Shown here one piece after another: positions 20,018-28,742 of a stretch of DNA of 64,000 nt. The stretch comes from Candidatus Enterousia sp. (GTDB lineage Bacteria; Pseudomonadota; Alphaproteobacteria; Rs-D84): positions 13,288 through 77,287 of the forward strand of contig JAZRMF010000005.1 in NCBI GenBank assembly GCA_045647355.1, read 5' to 3'. How positions within the stretch are numbered: position 1 is the first letter of the stretch; the number at the start of each line of letters is the position of its first letter. The position numbers and the translations under genes are program-made. Under the pieces are notes generated by a model. It had not been told where the DNA came from, did no database searches, and saw nothing but the letters and a program-made list of their open reading frames with translations.

Positions 20018-20140
20018 GTATATCTCCTGTTAAAGTATGATATAGATATACGACCAAACAGGCGAAAAATCAAACACAAAAAATATTCTTTTCCACTGGA
20101 CAAAGTAATCAATACGATATAAAATGTCAGCACTTTATCT

Positions 20141-20214
20141 GCGGGCGTGGTATAATGGCAGCACGAAAGCTTCCCAAGCTTTAGACGAGGGTTCGATTCC
20201 CTTCGCCCGCACCA
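20141..20214 (+). tRNA. tRNA-Gly (CCC)
   Basis: GCGGGCG acceptor stem, AAAGC-TTCCCAA-GCTTT anticodon arm, GGTTCGATTCC T-arm, encoded CCA. Confidence 0.95.
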
Positions 20215-20415
20215 AAAATAGGACCGACCAAAGTGTCGGTTATATTTTTGGCTTGTGGCAACGGAAGAGAACCCGACCAAGAAGGTTCGAAACCAAGTAG
20301 ATTTTGCAAGTGTAGTGTGGCAAAATCGTTACGGGTTGCCCGCAGGCATTTATGCCGAGAGATCCCCTTCGCCCACACCAAAAATTCAACCGGCATTCCG
20401 CCGGTTTGTTTTTTG
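20215..20415 (+). repeat. tRNA-associated structured element, copy A
   Basis: Hairpin, degenerate antisense copy of the tRNA-Gly 3' end (20245-20273), core homologous to copy B (20284-20360), 23/25 direct copy of the tRNA 3' end (20361-20385), second hairpin. Confidence 0.85.
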
Positions 20416-20421
20416 TATGTA

Positions 20422-21000
20422 CTAGCGATGAAAACTAAGGCAGTCGGCGCACCAACCGTTCATACGTATATGTCTGCGACGTGGTTCTTTCTTTTCGTTA
20501 TACTTGCTGGATAATGCTGAAGTCCGGATCTTAACAGGTTTCTGTTCTGGTTGAATATTATATTTGACTTTCAGTTGTTGCAACAGCCCAGATTCAACAT
20601 GGCAAAAACATTCCTCTTTTATCTGTGACCCTTTTTTAACATTGCACGCTGTACACATTGGTGTCATATTTTTAATATTATCGGGGCCCCCAATAAATCT
20701 GGCAAATATATGATCCCATGAAAATTGTTTAAAATCTATTATCTCTTTGCCACAAGATGAACACCTTGGGGGTTGGCCATGCGCCGCCAAGATACGGTAC
20801 AGATTTTTAATATCAGCTGAAGTCAATTGATTTTGCAATGTTGCAATTGTTGTCAAAATTCCCGTGATTTCCTGGGTGCATTTTTGTGGTTGATCTCGCA
20901 CCACAGAGACACGATTTATTATTCTAATATCCCTTGGGGTGAATTGATCTGTTAACGATTCTATACTTGTCACAACCTCTGTTATTTCTTCATCTGTCAT
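20422..21000 (-). CDS. HNH endonuclease with duplicated N-terminal helical unit
   Basis: CSSC...DHIFARFIGGPDNIKNMTPMCTACNVKKG. Confidence 0.85.
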   Translation of the reverse strand: MTDEEITEVVTSIESLTDQFTPRDIRIINRVSVVRDQPQKCTQEITGILTTIATLQNQLTSADIKNLYRILAAHGQPPRCSSCGKEIIDFKQFSWDHIFARFIGGPDNIKNMTPMCTACNVKKGSQIKEECFCHVESGLLQQLKVKYNIQPEQKPVKIRTSALSSKYNEKKEPRRRHIRMNGWCADCLSFHR

Positions 21001-21016
21001 AGTATATGCCCTAGTT

Positions 21017-21319
21017 TTATTTTCTGTTTGCCAATTTAATCTGTTTTGCCAGTTCCTCCGGTTCCAGCATACATTTCCAATATTTCCGCCACAAAGATTT
21101 AGTTGGATGATTCTTTTTTAATACACGCACATAATCATTAATGTCCGCATTATACGGAAACGTCTGGGATAACACCTGAAAACGTTGAATCATTTCTTGC
21201 CAATCTTGATTAAGTTGGTCATTGCCGCCACTCTTGGAATCCACTATTGGATATTTTATCGCCATATTTTCCCCCATTACCATGAACGACCGTTTCCACG
21301 GGTACCATTGCGTTGCCAT
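21017..21319 (-). CDS. Hypothetical protein
   Basis: ORF in the same-strand run; true start probably MAIKYP after GGGGA RBS. Confidence 0.55.
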   Translation of the reverse strand: MATQWYPWKRSFMVMGENMAIKYPIVDSKSGGNDQLNQDWQEMIQRFQVLSQTFPYNADINDYVRVLKKNHPTKSLWRKYWKCMLEPEELAKQIKLANRK

Positions 21320-22539
21320 TCACGCATTTCCGCAATTTTATCCTGTACTTCTTTGGTTGGATTTTTAATCACTGATTCCGCCCGGGCAATCAGTCGGTCC
21401 GCATCAAAATGCAGTGGGTTTATCTTGCCCAAGAACCACAGTTGCATCCATGCAGGTTGATTTTTTATGTTTGCAATATACCACATATCACTTTTCAGAT
21501 TTCGCAAATCATCATACATTTTTTGGACGACAACCGATGGCTTTTTTATTAAACTGTATGTTATATCTAAATCCCAATCTTGAATGTAACTGTTCTCGGC
21601 AAATGCTGTTTGCAATGCCAGCATCTGAATTGCATCATATTGAAATGGAATTGCCCCAATCGCATATGGTGCGCTTGTGACAGCACGTTCTTTGACCGCC
21701 TTGGATGGGGCCGGTTTGTGCATGTGTGATATAGCAAAATCGCCGTTTGGTTCAATATCACGTTGGCTATGATGCGAAACAAATAATAATCTGAAGCGTT
21801 CCAAATCTTTTGGGGTTAAACAATTACTGTTTGTTTCCACAATATCCACAAATTTCGGTAAATCCCAGCCCGCAATTATACACCACCCGATGTTTTCCCA
21901 TCGATTCAATATATCCTTTACACATGCATTGGCCAATGACAATTCACCTCTTATCAGGGCATCAACCTCCATGTCCGGGGTACGTTTTTCGGGGGTAATA
22001 TCACTAATTTTCAGTTTACCTTGTCTCAGAGCTTCTTTTATAGTAGACTCTGATGGGTTGTTTACGAATTGCAGATTATGTTTGGCATTACGACGTTTCA
22101 ACACCAATTCTTGCATTTTTTCACTTGGGTGTTCAATCATTGAAATCATGGCCGGCATATAGTTCAGAACGACCATAATTTCTTCTTCTGTTAAAAACTG
22201 ACTTACCCGATCTGAACCTGCTTCCTTCATCTTGTCATATAATGCCACCGACAACTCTTTAAATTCTTGCATAAATTCTGGTTCGTCTTTCAATTGAATC
22301 GCAACCAACAGATGCAAACTGACGCGATCCGGTGCATAACGATCATAATGATTTTTGCTTATCGTTTTCTGAACAATATCGTTAAAATGCCGAAGAACCT
22401 TTTGTGTTGTGAAATAATATCCACCCTGAGTACCTTTTAACAAACGCATACATGCATCACATACATTTTTATACATAAAGTATTCTTGCTTGGTCGCAAA
22501 ATTTTCTGTCCTTAATTTATTGGCTGCGTCACCGTCCAT
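21277..22539 (-). CDS. Hypothetical alpha-helical repeat protein (DUF4116-like I-x-x-P-S/T-x-x-x-Q repeats)
   Basis: IEHPSEKMQELVL, VNNPSESTIKEAL, IKKPSVVVQ, IKNQPAWMQ, IKNPTKEVQ; start re-called after AAGGGG RBS. Confidence 0.65.
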   Translation of the reverse strand: MDGDAANKLRTENFATKQEYFMYKNVCDACMRLLKGTQGGYYFTTQKVLRHFNDIVQKTISKNHYDRYAPDRVSLHLLVAIQLKDEPEFMQEFKELSVALYDKMKEAGSDRVSQFLTEEEIMVVLNYMPAMISMIEHPSEKMQELVLKRRNAKHNLQFVNNPSESTIKEALRQGKLKISDITPEKRTPDMEVDALIRGELSLANACVKDILNRWENIGWCIIAGWDLPKFVDIVETNSNCLTPKDLERFRLLFVSHHSQRDIEPNGDFAISHMHKPAPSKAVKERAVTSAPYAIGAIPFQYDAIQMLALQTAFAENSYIQDWDLDITYSLIKKPSVVVQKMYDDLRNLKSDMWYIANIKNQPAWMQLWFLGKINPLHFDADRLIARAESVIKNPTKEVQDKIAEMREWQRNGTRGNGRSW

Positions 22540-22549
22540 AATTGACCCC

Positions 22550-23710
22550 TTATTTTGTTGGAATTTGCAATAATTGCTTTGGGTATATAAGGTTTGGATT
22601 ATCAATACTATTGCGTTCCGCAATCATACTGTAAAGTGTGCCACGACCCAGATAATTCTTGGCAATTATCCACAGACAATCGCCACTGCGTACGGTATAA
22701 AACGTATCGCTGTCACCTGTTGTTTCTGGCATAACAAAATTATGATTTACTGTCGCAACCGTATGACCGGAATCATCGTGCATACGAATGGTTAAGTTGT
22801 ATTCAGTACCTGGTTTTAATTCACCGACATCGGCGCCAACACCAAAACTTTTATAATCAGAAACATACGATTCCCCAAGGTACTTATCATTTAACGATAA
22901 AGACACCTTGAAACGTGGTAATGCGTTACCCGTCACAATCAAACGACCTGTGTCCAGATAATCTATTTTTGAAACGACCAAATCGCCGTCTTTTAATACA
23001 GATGGCGATTGCATAACCTTGCCACCATTTGGTGTCATAAGCAACGACACAGAATTACGATAATCGGCATCCGATATGTACAAGAACAATTTATCTGTTG
23101 ATTTTGTTTTTGGCTTTACCCCCATCAATGAAATGACATAATTACCCGGCGCAAGTTTTGGTGTGTAAACAAATTCGCCGTTTTTATCGGTTCTTTCGGT
23201 TGCAACTATCTTTTTATTCACAATTATAGAAACGCTTTTGTTGGCTTGCCAGCGACCTGCGATAACAACCAAGCCGTCATATTGTATACGCGCAACATCG
23301 AACATTGGAATATTCGTTGGCTCAGATTTTGTTAAAACCGTGCCTTTGGACACGGTTTGAACAGGAACGGGTTTTGCATTATTGTTTAATACTATAATCT
23401 TTTGTGGCGTTGATGCACGCATAAACACAACCCATATTGTAACCAGCAACACTATAAACGCGCATAGTATTGGAAACCAATATTCGCGCAACGTTGAACG
23501 ATTTTTGTCTTCGCGGCGTTGCGTTGTTTCTACCGTCTCGGTTTTCACTGTTGTTGTTTCAACAGTTGACCGATTTCGTGCACGCAAAAATCTGCGTGTA
23601 AAGTTGCGACGACGCGCAAGCCAACTGTCCTGTTGTGCAATAGCATCTTCAATCATATTATCAGTGGAACGTTTCGTTTTACCCATAACGGCGGTATTGC
23701 TGTTTGCCAT
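22550..23710 (-). CDS. Membrane-anchored LysM peptidoglycan-binding protein
   Basis: Single TM, Ig-like FDVARIQYDGLVVIAGR, C-terminal LysM YTVRSGDCLWIIA...IDNPNLIYPKQLLQIP. Confidence 0.88.
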   Translation of the reverse strand: MANSNTAVMGKTKRSTDNMIEDAIAQQDSWLARRRNFTRRFLRARNRSTVETTTVKTETVETTQRREDKNRSTLREYWFPILCAFIVLLVTIWVVFMRASTPQKIIVLNNNAKPVPVQTVSKGTVLTKSEPTNIPMFDVARIQYDGLVVIAGRWQANKSVSIIVNKKIVATERTDKNGEFVYTPKLAPGNYVISLMGVKPKTKSTDKLFLYISDADYRNSVSLLMTPNGGKVMQSPSVLKDGDLVVSKIDYLDTGRLIVTGNALPRFKVSLSLNDKYLGESYVSDYKSFGVGADVGELKPGTEYNLTIRMHDDSGHTVATVNHNFVMPETTGDSDTFYTVRSGDCLWIIAKNYLGRGTLYSMIAERNSIDNPNLIYPKQLLQIPTK

Positions 23711-23818
23711 ATTTATCTCCTTCGGCCGGATATTTTTTTATCATTGGACAAAATAGCATAAAAAATGTTTCTTTGTCAACTTATTTGTGATATAATTTGG
23801 CTGAAATTGGGGGAAAAG

Positions 23819-24898
23819 ATGAAAAAAATTGGAATTATGACAACAGGTGGCGATTGCAGTGGTCTGAACAGCGTGATAAATCGTGTTGTGGTGGGGGCTG
23901 CAAAGCGCAAATGGCGTGTTTACGGGATTGTTGATGGCACAGATGGTCTGTGTACATGTCCGCCAAATGTAATCGAAATGACAACCGAAACCTTACCAGT
24001 TGAAATCGCACGTATTGCAGGCAGTTTTCTGCACAACGGCAACGCGTGTATGATGAACTTTGAAACTGCAGCTGAAACAGGACACATCGCCCAATTTAAC
24101 AGGATGCTTAAAAAATCATTGGCAGCGTTAGATTTGAATGCACTGATTTTAATTGGTGGAAACGGCAGTTTTTCATTATCGTATAAAAATGCCGATATTT
24201 ATAATGGTCTGTCATTGATTTGTATTCCAAAGACGATTGACTTTGATATACCACTAACCGACAAGACCATTGGGTTTGATACCGCGGTAAATGAATTAAC
24301 GCGTTATTGTGACCAACTGTTACTTACCGCACGCAGTCATCATCGCTGGTTTGTGGTACAATCTATGGGGCGCGATTGTGGGCGGCTGGCACTTAATGCT
24401 GGGGTTGCAGTGGGTGCAGATGCAATTATTGTTCCAGAAATTAAATTTGATATTGATAAATTGGTCCGCCATATTCAACAGGTTCCACGTGATTATGGAA
24501 TTATCATGGTGTCCGAAGGTGTAACGTTGCGTGGCCATTCGGGTCGCCCGGCAGATATGATTTCCCGCAAACTGACCGCAGCAGGCATTCAAAATCGTGC
24601 AGCATTTCCGGACTATATACAACGCGCCGGTGACACAACCGCTGCCGACAGGATATTGGCCGCCAAGATGGCAACATGTGCATTGGATGCGGTTGAAAAC
24701 AACGAAACAAATGTTATGACGGCATTACGTGGTGGCGAATGTGTGACGGTACCATTGGCCGAATTCTATGCGGCGGGCGATTTAGTACGCGACCCAAATA
24801 TTCGCGACATGTGCACTTCGAACGCATATATAGAACCAGACGACCCTTTGTTGGACGTGGCAAGCGCAATGAATATCTATATCGGCGAAACGAAATAG
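23819..24898 (+). CDS. pfkA: 6-phosphofructokinase (group III-like; GGNGS/PKTID suggests ATP-dependent)
   Basis: TTGGDCSGLN, IGGNGS, IPKTIDFD, SMGRDCG, VSEG, YIQRAG. Confidence 0.9.
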   Translation: MKKIGIMTTGGDCSGLNSVINRVVVGAAKRKWRVYGIVDGTDGLCTCPPNVIEMTTETLPVEIARIAGSFLHNGNACMMNFETAAETGHIAQFNRMLKKSLAALDLNALILIGGNGSFSLSYKNADIYNGLSLICIPKTIDFDIPLTDKTIGFDTAVNELTRYCDQLLLTARSHHRWFVVQSMGRDCGRLALNAGVAVGADAIIVPEIKFDIDKLVRHIQQVPRDYGIIMVSEGVTLRGHSGRPADMISRKLTAAGIQNRAAFPDYIQRAGDTTAADRILAAKMATCALDAVENNETNVMTALRGGECVTVPLAEFYAAGDLVRDPNIRDMCTSNAYIEPDDPLLDVASAMNIYIGETK

Positions 24899-24911
24899 TT
24901 TGTGGAATTGC

Positions 24912-25074
24912 TTGACTTTTGCATATTTTTACTGCATAATACGCCTGCAAATCCCAAAGATTGCCATTTGAATTAAACCTGTATGCGGTATGCATAAGGA
25001 ACATCATCCGATGAGTTTCATCCTTGATGGCGGTTTTCTTTGTGGTTTAAACAGTTAAAAAAAGGAGTATATAA
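24912..25074 (+). promoter_or_regulatory. rpsP operon promoter and ~128-nt structured leader
   Basis: TTGACT-N17-CATAAT; leader with nested complementary segments. Confidence 0.55.
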
Positions 25075-25542
25075 ATGGCAACTGTTATTCGTTTGGCACG
25101 TTATGGTGCAAAAAAACGTCCGTACTATCACATCGTCGTTACAGATTCACGTAATGCACGTAATTCGGGCAGCATCTTGGGTGTTGTTGGAAAATATGAC
25201 CCGATGTTGGCACGCGACAATGAAAAACGTGTTGTGTTGAAAATCGACGAAATCAAAGAATGGATGGCCAAGGGTGCTAAACCATCAGACCGCGTATATC
25301 GTTTCTTGGCAAATGCCGGTTTGGTTGCAAAACGCGAAATTCCAAATCAGACCAAGAAAAACCAAAAGTCTGAAAAGACCATGCAGAAAATTAAAGACAA
25401 AGCCGACAAATTGGCCAAGTTAGAAGAAGAAAAAGCCGCCGCAGAAGCCGCAGCCAAGGCCGCAGCCGAAGCACCAGCAGAACCAGCTGCAACAGAAGAA
25501 GCACCGGCTGAAGCACCTGCAACAGAAGCGGCCGCAGAATAA
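25075..25542 (+). CDS. rpsP: 30S ribosomal protein S16 with Ala/Glu-rich tail
   Basis: IRLARYGAKKRPYYHIVVTDSRNAR, GAKPSDRV. Confidence 0.97.
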   Translation: MATVIRLARYGAKKRPYYHIVVTDSRNARNSGSILGVVGKYDPMLARDNEKRVVLKIDEIKEWMAKGAKPSDRVYRFLANAGLVAKREIPNQTKKNQKSEKTMQKIKDKADKLAKLEEEKAAAEAAAKAAAEAPAEPAATEEAPAEAPATEAAAE

Positions 25543-25555
25543 AGTGAAGGCAGAT

Positions 25556-25807
25556 ATGTCCAATTTTGCCGAAGAAGAGCAGTTATGTAAAAAGGCGCTG
25601 GTGGGCATCTTTAATTCCAAGGCCCTGTTTTATGGAATGACCAATGAAGAAAAACGCATTTTGCGCAGTACTTATTTCATAAACTTGCAGCCGATGATAC
25701 AATATGCCAAAACGCATGATAAAGACCCTGTAATGCATATTCTGGGCATCCAAGACGTATTGTTGGATATAAAGAAAGTACAGGTAAATGCACATGAATA
25801 CAAATAA
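25556..25807 (+). CDS. Hypothetical protein
   Basis: 83-aa ORF filling the rpsP-rimM gap; GAAGG RBS; overlaps the rimM start. Confidence 0.6.
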   Translation: MSNFAEEEQLCKKALVGIFNSKALFYGMTNEEKRILRSTYFINLQPMIQYAKTHDKDPVMHILGIQDVLLDIKKVQVNAHEYK

Positions 25808-26258
25808 AAATATCTTGGTTGGGAAAATTGTTGCCCCCCAAGGTATCAGGGGCGAAGTTCGTGTGCAGACCTTTACTGCGACCCCATCGGATTTTAAAGA
25901 TTTGTCGGTATTTGGTAATAATGTACCCCTGGGGGCTTTGCATTTCATCCGCATAGTACCAAACAGCAATGTTATCGTTGCGCGGGTTGATGGTGTAACA
26001 AATCGCAATATCGCCGAAACCATGCGTGGCACAGAATTGTTCGTTGACCGCGGCACCCTGCCCGAACCCAAAGATGGCGAATATTACCAGGCGGATTTAA
26101 TCGGCATGCGCGTTATGCGCAATGGCACAGAAATCGGACATGTCGCGTGCTTTCAAAACTTTGGTGCCGGCGACATTATTGAATTAGATAATGGCGAAAT
26201 GGTATCTTTTCGTGGCGCAAACGTTGATATGGAACACAAGGTGATAGTTGTAGATTAA
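25794..26258 (+). CDS. rimM: Ribosome maturation factor RimM
   Basis: VGKIVAPQGIRGEVRV, EYYQADLIG, NFGAGDIIE. Confidence 0.93.
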   Translation: MNTNKNILVGKIVAPQGIRGEVRVQTFTATPSDFKDLSVFGNNVPLGALHFIRIVPNSNVIVARVDGVTNRNIAETMRGTELFVDRGTLPEPKDGEYYQADLIGMRVMRNGTEIGHVACFQNFGAGDIIELDNGEMVSFRGANVDMEHKVIVVD

Positions 26259-26357
26259 AAGATATAATATCAATTGCGTTGCGCACCGTTTATCTGAAGC
26301 AGATAGAGGTAGAGAGAAGCAGGAGAAAAAATAATATTACAAAAAGGAGTAAATATA

Positions 26358-26780
26358 ATGGCAAAGAAAAACAATGGAACGGTGCCAGTGGAAATAGGTG
26401 ATAAAACATTCCAACTTCCTAAGGACTGGCAGAAACTGACGCCGAAACAGATGATACTTGTATATAAAAGTCTGGTAACTTCAAAAACAACACCAGAGGG
26501 TCTTGCAAGCCGCCTGCCTGCATGTCTGTTGTGTGTAGGTTGCAACAAAACTCTGGCCGCTTGTAGTGCCCGTAAAGAGATAACCAATCATATAAAAGGC
26601 AATCCAAATTTCAGTTTCTTCAAGAAACAAACGGGGCCAAAAGATGCTGTATCGGTGGTACAAGTCAGCGATGATGCCACGCCAGAAGAAGTCGAGGCGT
26701 TTTATGCCGAAGTGCAAAAAATTGCTGCCACTTGCACGTATGGTGCACCTACTGCGCGCAAGGACACGTTGGTTAAATAA
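26358..26780 (+). CDS. Hypothetical Cys-motif protein (array member 1)
   Basis: AAGGAG RBS; CNKTLAAC...IAATC. Confidence 0.7.
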   Translation: MAKKNNGTVPVEIGDKTFQLPKDWQKLTPKQMILVYKSLVTSKTTPEGLASRLPACLLCVGCNKTLAACSARKEITNHIKGNPNFSFFKKQTGPKDAVSVVQVSDDATPEEVEAFYAEVQKIAATCTYGAPTARKDTLVK

Positions 26781-26790
26781 AAGTACTATA

Positions 26791-26817
26791 AAACCTTGGG
26801 CAAAATGTCCAAGGTTT
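26791..26817 (+). terminator. Hairpin terminator
   Basis: AAACCTTGGGCA-AAA-TGTCCAAGGTTT. Confidence 0.65.
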
Positions 26818-26921
26818 CACATTCATTAATAAGATTACCATTACGCGACATGGTGTCTTTCAAAGGAGCAGAGATTGATTTTAAAGGACGAACGATATTT
26901 GTAAAATAAAAGGATTTAACA

Positions 26922-27278
26922 ATGAAAGATAGTATCTATCCAGATGATTTTAATTATAAAAGCGAAGAACAAGCTAATAACTGCGGGGTTTTTATACCAA
27001 AATCAAAATGCCCAGCGGTAAATACCAGCAAAGCCGCACACCCATTGATTACATTAAGCAGATGCGCACAATGTCGTGGCAAACTTGTCGCTTTTTGTGT
27101 AACTAAATTGGCACAAGATCCAACAAAACAACCAAGTGAAATTATTCGTGCCGGCGCGCAATTAGTCGATGAACACCCCGAATATTCACAAGATATTGTC
27201 GCGTTACAAGAAACAGTTGCTAAAATATACAGATACAAAACCAAAAACACAGAAGTTGCAAACGAAAAAGGTATGTAA
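26922..27278 (+). CDS. Hypothetical protein with CxxC
   Basis: AAGGA RBS; CAQC. Confidence 0.65.
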   Translation: MKDSIYPDDFNYKSEEQANNCGVFIPKSKCPAVNTSKAAHPLITLSRCAQCRGKLVAFCVTKLAQDPTKQPSEIIRAGAQLVDEHPEYSQDIVALQETVAKIYRYKTKNTEVANEKGM

Positions 27279-27280
27279 AA

Positions 27281-27583
27281 ATGAAAGAGTTTTATGTTTG
27301 TTCAAAATACGCACCCCTTGTCACAGATCCGTCTAACGAAGAATCTGACGCAACGATGATATTTTGGAAATGCTGTGACAAGGCCGATAAAGATTGCCCA
27401 GTGATACAACAATTCAAAGCTCTGGGGGCGACATATTATGCACCAAAGGTATACTCGTCTGTGAAACGGTATTGTTTTAACTTTGCACCCAATAAAATGA
27501 GTATCGATACATTGCGCAAAGTGTGCGATGAAGCACGCATTATTTGCGTATACTGTGAACGTGGCATAGAACGTCGTGGATAA
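27281..27583 (+). CDS. Hypothetical C-x6-C...CxxC protein (array member)
   Basis: CDKADKDCPVIQ...CVYC. Confidence 0.7.
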   Translation: MKEFYVCSKYAPLVTDPSNEESDATMIFWKCCDKADKDCPVIQQFKALGATYYAPKVYSSVKRYCFNFAPNKMSIDTLRKVCDEARIICVYCERGIERRG

Positions 27584-27598
27584 AAAAAGGGATTTATC

Positions 27599-28078
27599 AT
27601 GAGTAATGTTGTTTTAGAATTCAACCAAAACACTTTTGACACACTTTCTGTTCCAGATTCTATAAGTGTCAAAAAAAGAGAGGTTTCACTTCCATTTAAA
27701 AACCCTTTTTACAAAATAACGGTCGACAGTAAAGACATTGTGTCGGTTTTAGGGCAGATAATAAAACCGTCTGTATTACACGGAACCAAGCAATTCGCTG
27801 CGGCGGGTGTTGGTGCCATACCACCATTTTCCGAAACCGAATGTGATCGGCCACTCGGTAAGTGTCAAATAATCGATTATGCCATTGAAAATAATATTGG
27901 TGTGTACGTTTATGTCGGCATGCATCGCGATGACGAACAAGAATATTACGATTATGCCGTTACCATAGCCACACCACATGGTAAAAAACCAAAGAATATG
28001 GCATATGAATTGCAAGGAATGTGCGATTGTTGCAAACGCCAGGCCCGAAAAATGTGTGACCTGCCACAATCAAAATAA
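27599..28078 (+). CDS. Hypothetical C-x6-C...CxxC protein (array member)
   Basis: CDRPLGKCQIID...CDCCK. Confidence 0.7.
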   Translation: MSNVVLEFNQNTFDTLSVPDSISVKKREVSLPFKNPFYKITVDSKDIVSVLGQIIKPSVLHGTKQFAAAGVGAIPPFSETECDRPLGKCQIIDYAIENNIGVYVYVGMHRDDEQEYYDYAVTIATPHGKKPKNMAYELQGMCDCCKRQARKMCDLPQSK

Positions 28079-28095
28079 TTGAAAGGAGATAGCAC

Positions 28096-28437
28096 ATGGA
28101 AACGACACATAACCATCAAATAATATTCTATAAAAAATGCCCGTGTAAATTGGCAGACTGCCCGATTTATCAACAAACCCCGGTCAGGACCAAGGCCACG
28201 TCTGACAATACTTTCTTTATCCAGACTACGGCATCCGACTATCGTATGAATCCGACTTATGCGGTATTAGGTTTGGTTAATACAGATATCGATGAAGAAA
28301 CCCTTTGTGCCGCACTGGATCAATTAAAGCAACCATGCCAAGATTGTCGTGCGAACAAGGAAAGCAAATACCCATCCTGTATAAGGGTTAACTTACTGCC
28401 ATGGATTGCAGTTCACGGGGCACCAAGGAAAAGATAA
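28096..28437 (+). CDS. Hypothetical C-x6-C...CxxC protein (array member)
   Basis: AAGGAG RBS; CPCKLADCPIYQ...CQDCR. Confidence 0.7.
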   Translation: METTHNHQIIFYKKCPCKLADCPIYQQTPVRTKATSDNTFFIQTTASDYRMNPTYAVLGLVNTDIDEETLCAALDQLKQPCQDCRANKESKYPSCIRVNLLPWIAVHGAPRKR

Positions 28438-28453
28438 CAAAGAAGGATTTAAT

Positions 28454-28741
28454 ATGGCAACTATACGATTTATTAGTATGACACATATGAATAAGCCGGC
28501 ATTGACCTGGCCACAACATGCTTTTGCCACAGAACAATGCTGGTTGGCTGAAAACGAGCCGATTGGTTCGATAGAACATTTGGCTAACTGCAAAATTTTT
28601 CAAGAAATGAATCGTCTTGGCATAAAATATTATGTCGCGGACCATGTAGACAATTCTTTTGACGTGCTTGTCCCATATAATAACGCGGTAAGTTTCACAC
28701 TGTTGAACCAATGCCAAAACTGCAAGTACAAGAGAAAATAA
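28454..28741 (+). CDS. Hypothetical C...C...CxxC protein (array member)
   Basis: AAGGA RBS; LANCKIFQ...CQNCK; ends 1 nt before trmD. Confidence 0.7.
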   Translation: MATIRFISMTHMNKPALTWPQHAFATEQCWLAENEPIGSIEHLANCKIFQEMNRLGIKYYVADHVDNSFDVLVPYNNAVSFTLLNQCQNCKYKRK

Positions 28742-28742
28742 T

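Noticed and set aside
20195-20385. attL/attR pair of an integrated genomic island
   Set aside because: The two tRNA 3'-end copies are only about 140 nt apart with no integrase between them; better explained as the structured element reported above.
24947-25055. SRP (4.5S) RNA or 6S RNA upstream of rpsP
   Set aside because: Lacks the SRP CAGG..GGAAGGAAGCAG core and is too short and branched for 6S.
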